A DNA stretch of 64,000 nucleotides, taken from Haliotis rubra. Taxonomy: Eukaryota. A program made the translations under genes and the position numbers. Positions 53,617 to 64,000 of the stretch are shown here, in pieces. The DNA is taken from NCBI RefSeq assembly GCF_003918875.1, contig NW_025766002.1, positions 7,254,001-7,318,000 on the forward strand, written 5' to 3'. A model generated the notes under the pieces. The model saw only the letters and a program-made list of their open reading frames with translations. It did not search any database and was not told where the DNA came from. Positions within the stretch are counted from its first letter, which is position 1. Every line of letters starts with the position of its first letter.

Positions 53617-56119
53617 CTATTTCGCTGTAAATAAAACAAACAAACATAAAACGATGCTTGATAGAGCTTGTAAATGAAGACGAATTCCTTAATTTTTGAT
53701 AGTATCCTGCCACATTGTATAGTCAAGAGGCGTTCCAGATTTCATCACGCCTTTCGACCTGCAGTGAGATACATAATAATTGCAGTGACGACTTGTATTA
53801 AAACTTACTTATGTAAAGACAACAGTTGTTGAATTTCAAAATGTTGACATTTACCTGGTTCGTAAGCATCCTCTCCCATCCAGTTACCCCTGAAACATGA
53901 AGTAAAATACATTATGTCTTGGACGGAATTCTGTTGTTGTGATGGAATGTATCACTGAAGGGGGCTGCAAGTGAAATAAACCAAAGGCATGAAATAAAAG
54001 GAACTAATGATATTAATGTCGTTATTATTGAGGAGTACGTTCACAATACAATGGCACTGAATCTGAATGCAAGATCTAATATTTCACATCACATAACACA
54101 GTGACGTATTACACATGCAGAAAAGAAGCCGAAGTTTATGTACATCCACCATCAAAATCATTTCTTCAGTTCCCTTCTGAGGGTAGTACATGTATTCTGA
54201 TTATCGGACATGGACCACTACTAATGAACAAACAATCTCGAATTACTTGATCCAGTCAATTTCTGTAGGATGTGGCGTTAAACTCACTTTTTTGTTATGG
54301 TCACCCAGTGAGTCGCTGCATGCAAAACACCAACACTGGAATCTGTGGGCCGTGAATGACCACACACGGACAGGCAGATTAAAGTACAAATACTTACCTG
54401 GGCTCATAGTAACACACCAGGAACCGTACGTCATTGTACCCTCGGAACTGAGACATATAGGGGCAGTTATTCATTGCACAGCCAAATTCCCGAGTCTCCT
54501 CCCAGTTGACCTAGATGAGACATCCATTTTAAGACGTTACACTGATTAGAATATCGTAAATGATAACGACAAATAGCCGTTTTGTCCACTGGAATCTTGA
54601 TCTTGTTTCCGGTACAATGTCTGACATCTATTTTCAGAAACTGCTACTCGGAGTTTGGCGAGAAAATATACAATGCAAATGTATTCACAATGTTTCAAGA
54701 TACACTTATCGCATAGCTATACTGATAGCTGTAAATGATAATTACGACGATCTCGAACCATGACATGTGTTGCTGTTTCGTGTGTATTAATGTCAACATC
54801 TGTATACCTCCTAGTCGCAGAACAAAACAAACAAACAAACTTTTTGCCTAAACTTGTATGAACCACAACAACTGCTCTGAGGAAATGTCAAAGAAATATA
54901 TAATTAGACATCTTTGTAAAACCTATACGATAAACATGAATACCTTTAACCATCAAAGGGGTTGTAAGTACAAGAAAAAAATCAGTATGAAATCTGTTTT
55001 GTATGATTGTGTTTATGAATCAACATCAGCCAGTGTTAACACCCAGTGTTCGCAAAACACTTAAAGTCAGTCTTGCCCCACGTGTAATGTAAGATAATTT
55101 TGCATTAGATGTTATAATATAGTTTCCACAAAATATGAAACGTTAGAAGGAACCTTGGATTCCCAACAATACCTGTGAGTAATAGCAGCTCTGGGAAGGA
55201 GAGCATTGTCTGTCATCGAAGCGGAATGAGTCGACCCCGTTCCTCCAAGCGTTAAAGCCTCTACTCATGAACTCTTCCTCCGATCGGGACGACTGCTCAA
55301 TGTAGAGGTTCTCGCCGAACTCAGGTCTTGATGAGTAACTGAACTCACATCTGTTTGCATATCTCTCGGCTTGTCTTGCTAATTCTTCATTCCATCTCTG
55401 GACAAACAGTATTTAAGCTTAAGAATCAATTTGATTTATTCATGAGACCAGTACCAATATGTCTACATGCTTACTGGACAGAACTTGGGGATACAATTTC
55501 GTACAACAATATACATTTGGTTTTGACTTGAAGTATAAGAAATGCGAAAATGCTGGGAAGTAATATGTTGGCTGACAAAAAATAAACTTTTTTTTTTCTT
55601 AAAAAACATTTTATTAATTTCCTTTCAGGAAGTGCATGAAAATTTCGGTATGTGCCTCCTTATCATAGCGCGAACGCTATAACTTCTTATCTACCCGACC
55701 GACACTCTGTTCGTTCAAGCAGCATCCACACCATTCCATCCATGCACACCCACACGCATACATGCATACATTCGACCTTAAACTCCATTACTCTTCATGT
55801 AAAATATTTGAATGATTCAATGCTGCAGATTGTTGAAAGATTTGTAAAGCTATGAGTGATAATCGTTAAAGAAAGAAAAAAAGAAAATATAAACATATAA
55901 GTAATCCAATAAGCATTATTTTGAAATGCTTTGTGTACTGTCATGAATACTCACAACAAAGGCATAGTTTTCCTCTCCGTACTCATTAGGGAAATCTCCC
56001 TCGTTCATCATCTGGCGTCCCTCGTTGTGAAGTTGAAGCATGATGTTCTGATATTCTGGCATCAATACATTCGCCATGGAGACGCCAAAGACGCCCAGAA
56101 AAACTACGGTCCACATCAT
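53617..56119 (-). CDS. Secreted CAP protein, copy 4, 181 aa
   Basis: Exons 56119-55955, 55397-55173 (not in the ORF track: RWNEELARQAERYANRCEFSYSSRPEFGENLY...FDDRQCSPSQSCYYSQ), 54510-54398, 53889-53855, 53624-53617; canonical splice sites. Confidence 0.9.
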
Positions 56120-57883
56120 TGTGATATTGAAAGATCTGTCAACGTCATGAAACCAGATTACTTAGATTTGTTTATTTTTGGCATCACTTCACACCGTTGG
56201 CGTACGATACCACACAATTACCAAACATTGTTAGCACAGGATCCTCGTAAACCGGCTCACAAGAAAAACGTGTGCCTGTCTGAATCAAATCACCACTGTA
56301 TAGTTGAAATTTCGTCGAAGCGACGTGAAATTATACCCTATTCACATGAAACGGAGAGCGATTTTGGTTATGTGAATAATACCAAAATCAGTCGCCTTAC
56401 ACCGTTAATTTGATCTATGGCAGCCATCTGCGAATTTAAAAGAACCCTAAACAAAATCTAGTCACACCATACGGTTATATGACGGCTTTCTTTAAATGAC
56501 CGAGTCTAGACCAGGCACTGCTGAGCTGATGACAAGTACGATACTTTATGGATGGCAACTTCTTTATTTTATTATGATGCTTGATACCGCTGTCAGGCAC
56601 CAAAATAGTATAGACTGAAGTAATGATGCACAGGTGATGGCAATGCACTATTATAATTATAATCAATGTTTTAGAATGCGGGAAAATGAAAAGGAAAGGA
56701 ACGTTTATCGAATAAACAGACAATAAAATTGTGGCAACAAAAGGAAAGTGAGACGAAGGTATCAAGGTAGAAGCTACAAGTGTTGGTTGCCTGGGTCTAT
56801 ATACATGTAAACGTCACAAAATGAAACTGTATATAGGAAATCAAAATATATATTGGAACTGTATATCTACTTAAATACACAGTAAGAACTAAATTAAATT
56901 GAATATTGAGCTGCCCTGCCTCTGATATCACTTTCCGCCTATTAAGGTTTAAGTTGAATGTTTTTCTCAGAAAGTCCATTTCGACATTTCAAATGTATGT
57001 ATATTAGCTATTGTATGAAAATCTTCAAACACACCATGTTTGTATTTAGAGAAATGTTAATTTGTTGATAATGTATCTTCAATACTAACGTCTAAATCGT
57101 CAAACAAAGGATTACATTTCGTTGTATAAAAATAGTTAAAATATCAAACTTGTATTCAGGCAAATAGTCAAACTTGTTATCTTTCCCGTTGTCATGCCTA
57201 ACTTGTACAAACCAGGAAACTACTGGAATTGACATTTTGGGACATGGCAGTCTCTCTTGTCATTTAATCTCATAGCCGCCACACATTAATTATTATTTAT
57301 GGCCCTATAAGAAATATCATGCAAATGACAATTGAATAAACAATAATATACCGAAAATTGAAAACAGTGAAATATCGCATTCAGTCATTTTTTCTTTTGA
57401 AATAAAATTTCTGAAATGATTTCCCCTGTAAATCAGGGAATCCAGTACGTTAAGCTCATATACTAACTTTTAATGTTGTTGAAGGAAGTTCAGCGGATTG
57501 CGTACAAAGGAATGCTACTTTTGCACTAAGTTAAATCATGAATTATTTTGAGAATATCCATTAAACTGCACAAATGAATTTCGAGAAAACGAAGGTGCCC
57601 CTCTTAAGTCGGTTTTACAAAATGGGAGCTCCCATCTCAACTAAACCAAAATGTTCAATTGTCACACTGTCTATGGGTAGATGTATTAACCAGATTGATC
57701 TAAAAAGATCTAAATATATTTACAATAAATTACCTGTGATGGTTATTTTGTGCAGATGTCAATTGTTATGTTTAAATAATGCTAATACTGTTAACGGTTT
57801 GTGAGGGGGCTAAACGTTGCCAAATATGTGCCCAGTCCTAACAAACGATGTGAAAATGAAAGTCCGACATCACACGTTCTTAC

Positions 57884-57950
57884 CTCAAGGGAGCTGATTC
57901 CACTGTTCGAAGACGTTCGTGTGCCTGCCTATTGAAGCCCTTCTTATATA
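57884..57950 (-). promoter_or_regulatory. TATA box and leader exon of CAP copy 4
   Basis: TATATAAG at 57950-57943; GAG|GTAAGA donor at 57884. Confidence 0.75.
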
Positions 57951-59928
57951 AATGTACCATTAATTAAAATGCAATCATGTCTTTTAACCATAAAGATGTT
58001 ACTAATAAACACTTGATCATATTATAACATGCTTTGATGTTCAGGGTTCTGATTATCATAATATTACGTATTACGTGCATACGTATCTCATCAGAGAATA
58101 CTATCGGGCAATCACTTTCAGTGTTTAAATCATTATAGCGATGTTCAGTTAGTACATTCATCATTTCACAGAACTGCAAACATAATTGTACAATTAATTA
58201 ATTTCATTGTATCGAGAAAACAAATACAAAATGGACCAAAGACCTTTTGTTTCGGACGATCCAGCACAATCTGTACTGGCTTACCTTAGATCAGGTGATA
58301 TTAGCCCTTCAAGGAAGAAATTATAATTATTATTACATAAGTTTAATTATAATAACAATGTGATTTATATTCTAGAGAAAGTGAGTATTGTTTCAGAATG
58401 GAGCACCTTATTGTACCCTGACCCTTATCCTCTTATCCGTTTACCTGCCTTACAACAAGCACATATTGCCTATCCTGAGGTGGAATCGACAGAGGATATC
58501 CCCAAACACTACATACGATCAAGTCATTTCTCAGAACACGTTATAAACTAAGCACATTGTATTCTGAGAATCGTTTAAGATATCCATGCCATTTTGGAGT
58601 ACAAAAGAAACAGAAAACTCCTTTTATGTGAAAACTGATCATGATAACAACTGCCATAACTTCCTAGTGGTTAGAGCGTCCGCTCGTCAGGTCATAGACC
58701 CGGGTTTGATTCCCCACATGGGTATAATGTGAGAAGCGCAATGTGTCCCCCGTTTTGGTGTTTCTGTAATATTTAAAAAGCGGCGTTAAACTAAACTCAC
58801 CTCCTCACTAAAACAGAACCCATTTACGATTCAGAGTATTGTGTTTGGGAATCACGATCAAATAATGATTATGCCAGATGTTTGTGTAAAGTGCACATAT
58901 TGTGCCCGGTCGATGGCGTTGTAATAACACATGCAAAGGCAAGGAAATATTTACCTCGAGAAACGAAAACATGGGAAAACAATATTCTACATGTATATGA
59001 AAAAATAAACATAATTTTGACCAGTGATACGTAAAACCGTGTTAACCCTCATGCATCATGTGAATCGAATACTATGAGATGCCTTTGAGGCAGTATGAAG
59101 CTGCTTTGTATTATATTTGTTTTCTAAACGTTTAGACAAAAGAAAGTTTGGAAGTCCCATGGTGAAATCAACATCAGTACATGTAAGTAATTTCAACTCT
59201 GAGTAGGGGGAGCATTCCTTGTCACTGAAGCGGAATGTATCTTCCTTGTATAAATAAGAAAGGTCGTTTTGGCAATATTATATCAATATGAATCTGTATG
59301 CAAAAATGTAAATGTTGAGACAGATGAGGTTGTTTCACTTGTTTCTCAGGGGGGAAGCATTCCTTGTAACACAAGTGGGATGTATCTTCCTTGTAATAAT
59401 AAGAAAGATGACACAATCCCTCTTGTCGTTTGGGCAATATTATATCCCTATGCATCTGTATGCAAAGAGGTTGTTTCAGCAGCATCAGCTAAAGTCATTG
59501 ACGAGGATCCACATCGTCAGGACATAATGTCATCGAGCCGACGCATCCCTTCCTTGGTGTGAACATGGCACATTGGCCCACATGGTTGAGATAAAACTTA
59601 ATTCATGGAAATACGCTGTGTCACAAGTTATAATTGTTTATTGAAGATCAGAACGATAAGCTGATAAGCGCAAATATTACATTCATAAACACATCCACGT
59701 TGTAGACATTGGTAGGAATATAAGAATCACAAATTTGAATATAGAAATGTCAAGGCTCCAACGTTTTATTGATAATCTTCCTATTGTCTATAAGACACTT
59801 TTGTCTTACTTTCCAATAAACATTCTCTACTTTTGTTGAATAACTCCGTAACACAGACAAACTGGTGACTATCATCTACCTAAAAAACCTGAACACAAAA
59901 ATATTCATCAACTGAGTCGGCCAGACTC

Positions 59929-60458
59929 TTGATTTTCAGTTTACATTCTCACATGGAACAATACATTCCAAAGGGGAGCTTGAAAATGAAACTAGTAGAT
60001 TCTGACACATGCAGTTTTTGCAATGACCTACAGGAAACAATCTGTCATGTATACTGGAATTGTAATGAAACCAAGACATTTTGGAATGAGCTTGAGATCT
60101 GGATCAATAAATACCTTAACAAAGAAATCAAAATAACAAAAATATCTAGTTTGGTTTGGTACTTCACAAGCCAACAAAATACTAAACCATATCATTTTCT
60201 CTGCAAAGAGACATATCTGTTACTGAGGCGGCAGTGTAGCCTAGTGGTTGAGGCTTTGGCTCGTGACGCCGGGGACCTGGTTCTATTCCCCACACGAGTA
60301 ATCTGTGTGGGACCCATTTCTGGTGTTACCTCCATGATATTGCTGGAGTGTTCCTAAAAGCGGCGTTAAACCGTATTCACTCACTCACATCTGTGGTAAT
60401 AATATGTATGTATGAATGTAACTATGGAAATGAATAAAAAAGAAAAAGAAAAAAAAAG
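59929..60458 (+). mobile_element. LINE 3' fragment (zf-RVT; paralog of 50355-51320, flipped by the inversion)
   Basis: DTCSFCNDLQETICHVYWNCNETKTFWNELEIWI (CxxC..H...C knuckle); A-rich tail at ~60436-60458. Confidence 0.8.
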
Positions 60459-60507
60459 AACTCATTAGACCCCTCTTATGACAGTCAAGGTGTGTGGAAT
60501 ACTGCTA

Positions 60508-60636
60508 NNNNNNNNNNNNNNNNNNNNNNNNNNNNNNNNNNNNNNNNNNNNNNNNNNNNNNNNNNNNNNNNNNNNNNNNNNNNNNNNNNNNNNNNNNNNN
60601 NNNNNNNNNNNNNNNNNNNNNNNNNNNNNNNNNNNN
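60508..60636. other. Assembly gap (N run)
   Basis: Run of n. Confidence 1.
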
Positions 60637-63059
60637 ATTGTTTACTACCTTGCACTACAGATATTACAATTTAAATAAGGTGATAACACTCTACCATAAT
60701 CATCTGAAATATCTATTACTATTACTGGTATCTACAGCACGATACCAATGGTTAAGTAATACGTGATTGTATCTTTCCCCATCAGAAGCATGAAAGTTTT
60801 TTCACCTGATTAAACACTGAATAAGTATGGTGAAAGTCCAACTTGAAACTCGAATCGGAAACTTTTTTGATAACTGTCATGTCCATTTTGCAAAGGTTCT
60901 TGTACATGCCACTGTTTGAAATCTCCGTAGAAAGAGTTGATCAATTGTACCTCAAAAGTTGAGAAATGTTGACACCAAAGGTTCGACGTAAAGGAAAAAG
61001 TTGACTTAAAGTGTGAGCATTGATAATGCAGTCATACGAACACAAATCCATTAAAACTATCAAACAGATTATTGGAGGTTTCTTGAAGTCCATTTTCCTC
61101 AATTAAATAAAGAGGGCAGTGGTTTCGTCATAATATCTCCCTCGAAACAATTTTGAATTTAAGAAGAGATATATTCGTATAACGATGACTGAGTGTGTCT
61201 CCATTTACGATGATCCATCAGGTTAAGATTCGATCTCTCTACTCCAATCTGCGCTTCATGTAATCTAATACGTCACTGAACTGCCATCCAATGGGTACAC
61301 GTACCATTACCTGACAATGACATCAAATAGAAACAGTTCCTAAATTGGTTCGTTGGGTTCAACACCATGTCAGTGTAACCGTGCTTTACAACAGCATGTT
61401 AGCTAGATTTTGAAACAATGCTGGTCGATACACGAGCAGTGGCATGGTGCTTGTGATATAATCAGAAACTAGGGTTCGAACCCACGATCAGTAGATCATT
61501 AGCATCTCTGCTATGCAGTTTCCGGTCCCTGAAATCCTATAATCACCAGTTCCCCCGGGTATGAAGTAAGAGTCAGATGATTAATTATGTGAGATCAAAT
61601 CGATCATATATGTCTTTGAATGAGGTGACCCTGAAATTCAAAACATCACACGGCAGTATTTAGAATTGTCAAGAGATACTCACGATAGTTAATCATCATC
61701 CTAGCATATGTAATAAGTATGGATTATATGTTCTTCTTGCCAACTACCAGGATTTCAAATGAATTAATTTTTTCAAATGATTTTATAATTGCGTCACATT
61801 AATGTAATTAACAGCTCACATCTAAATACTTCATCGTGCCTGGCATGGATCTTTTCACTAATGCTCTTATGGAGAAATTGTGTCCGAAGTGTTAAACAAC
61901 TGTCACTCACTGACTCAGTAGTAAATATCATTCACTCTCATGTATAGCATAGTGGTCAGATTACTCCTCTTTGTACGCTATGTAACTGTCAGGACTTTTG
62001 TATTCCTGTGTAGAGCAAACACAACAGGACAGGTTAACTGATCTAATAATGAACATAAATATGACAATGTGTGTGTAGTTCTTTGTACAATATATACGTT
62101 AGTTACGAGGTTTTCGTTTGTTTGAACTGTTGCTGTAAACAATTAACCAGCTCACGCCGTCAGAGAATAGTGCTATCTTCACTCACTGTTCTCTGCTCTG
62201 TCTCTTTCGGGAGTTCTTACAATGGTGTTTGACATGTTCAAAGCTTCAAACTTTTGACGCCATTTCAGTCAACACGCAGCAGTGACATCATTATATAGAT
62301 ATCACTCACTACTACAGTGAGTGGGTGAGTAAGTATAGCTTTACGCCGTTTTTGCAGCAATATCATGGCGGGGTACACCAGAAATGGGTTCACACATTTT
62401 ATCTATGTGGGATTCGAACTCGTGTCTTCGTCGTGACGAGTTGACGCTTAAACCACTAGGCTACTATGGTCATGCGCTGTATAGTTCCGCCATCACGGTA
62501 TATCGTTGTTAAGAAATTCAAATCCTCATATGTACTTTTAAAGTTACATTATTGCAGTTTAGATACGGTGCTTATGACTACTTATGTATATCGGAATTTA
62601 CATGTTCGTGAGCAAGAAATCTAATTCTCCAAAGCTCTCATTGTATCCCTCAGCTGGCTGTTTCGATTCTCCAAACTCATAACCACAGGATTAATATATT
62701 TTGTGTGAAAGAAGCATCTGTGACCTGTATCTCTTTGTAATTTTCTCGACCTGTGACGATCCGGGTTGGAATTGGCCTTAATGCTTGTCGTAAGAACCAA
62801 ATAATGGGATCGGGTGGTTAGACTCGCTTACTTGGTTGATGTAGGCCATCGAATCCCATTTGCGTAGATCGATGCTCATTATTCTATCACTAGATAGTCT
62901 GACAGATACAGATTATTTACAGACCGTCGTTATGTATTCTGAATTGTACAAACTAACAAACAAAAACGTGCACAAGAGATCCAGACAGAACTTGAAGTGG
63001 TATCACCGGCCTCCGATTCACGGCTATAGGAGTGTTGTAAGCAACTAACTAGAACTGGA

Positions 63060-63220
63060 CACCTGGGCACGAACTAAACTGACCTTGGCACGCACTAAAC
63101 TGACCTTTGCACGCACTAAAACAGACATGGCACGAACTAAACTGACCTTGGCACGAACTAGACTGACCTTGACACGCACTAAACTGAACTTAGGACGGAC
63201 TAGGCTGACCATGCCACAAA
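63060..63220. repeat. 21-bp minisatellite (gcacgaactaaactgaccttg), about 7 units
   Basis: Period-21 repeat; 3-4 units at ~53395-53470 and about one unit in copies 1-3. Confidence 0.85.
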
Positions 63221-63367
63221 CTCAATTCAACTTTGGTTCAGATAACATAAAACAGAGTTGGCATTATTTGTGTTTGCTACTTTTGCAATCACTTTGCTTT
63301 ATTTAAACACTTCGAACAGGCAACATCCGGTTGAAAGTCATCCATTATTATCCATCCTACGAAGGCT

Positions 63368-63938
63368 CTATTTCGCTGTAAATAAAACAAACAAACATAA
63401 AACGATGCTTGATAGACCTTTGTTAATGAAGAAGAATTCCTTAATTTTTGATAGTATCCTGCATATACATACACACACGCAGGCACACGCATATGTTACT
63501 ATGTATCTATATGTCTATCTATCCATCCATCTACATCTATAGCTTCTTTATATGAATGTGAACATATGTGTTATTCCTAATGAATAAAAATGAGGCACGG
63601 GACACTGTCGGTTTCCTACCAATTGCAGGTGGGATGCAGAGAAAAAAATCACATCACATCAATCACATCAAGCGTTGGGGGTCAAATTAGAAAGATGTCT
63701 ATACATTATTCTTTTTGCTGTGCCAAATGCTATGTGTTCCTCACTTGTGGACGAACAGATATTTAACGAGGAAAGTATTCAACCGCCTTGTATAGTCAAG
63801 AGACGTTCCAGATTTCATCACGCCTTTCGACCAGTGAAATACATGATAATTGCAGTGACGACTTGTATCAAAACTTGTTGAATTTCAAAATGTTGATATT
63901 TACCTGGTTCGTAAGCATCCTCTCCCATCCAATTACCC
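63368..63938 (-). CDS. Secreted CAP protein, copy 5 (last two exons only; gene continues beyond the window)
   Basis: Exons 63938-63904 (GNWMGEDAYEP; acceptor aag) and 63375-63368 (AK*). Confidence 0.8.
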
Positions 63939-64000
63939 CTTAAACATGAAGTAAAATACATTATGTCTTAGACGGAATTTTTTGTTGTGATGGAATGTAT

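Larger units (their letters stand above)
59477..61869 (-). other. ~2.4-kb inversion relative to the paralogous spacer (~49085-51756)
   Basis: 59477ff is the reverse complement of ~51756 downward; 61831-61869 is the reverse complement of ~49085-49120; collinearity resumes at tggagaaattgtgtccgaag. Confidence 0.9.

Overview
Eukaryotic, AT-rich, SINE-dense genomic DNA; the repeat complement suggests a mollusc, possibly a gastropod such as abalone (inference). The left third is a mobile-element zone: a decayed Tc1/mariner transposase (3.9-4.8 kb), a duplicated module carrying a 20-bp minisatellite (6.1-7.9 kb) and a full-length 6,137-bp AcademX-type DNA transposon (8335-14471). The transposon has TAG..CTA ends, ~150-bp TIRs, a TAG target-site duplication and a ~1,470-aa transposase + XPG/FEN1-like nuclease + Cys-rich ORF broken only by five 1-nt frameshifts. 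From ~17.4 kb to the window end lies a head-to-tail array of 10-14.5-kb units on the minus strand. Each unit carries a gene (non-coding leader exon + 5 coding exons) for a ~180-aa secreted single-domain CAP/SCP/PR-1 protein: four full copies and the 3' end of a fifth. These CAP proteins have lost most of the His-Glu-Glu-His tetrad, are almost free of Lys and His but rich in Tyr/Phe/Met/Arg/Glu, and show fine-scale mosaic shuffling of variants between paralogs. The spacers record a 2.84-kb tandem duplication, a 2.4-kb inversion, nested LINE/SINE insertions with visible empty sites and a nascent minisatellite. Most short ORFs in the supplied track are spurious. Three N gaps are present.
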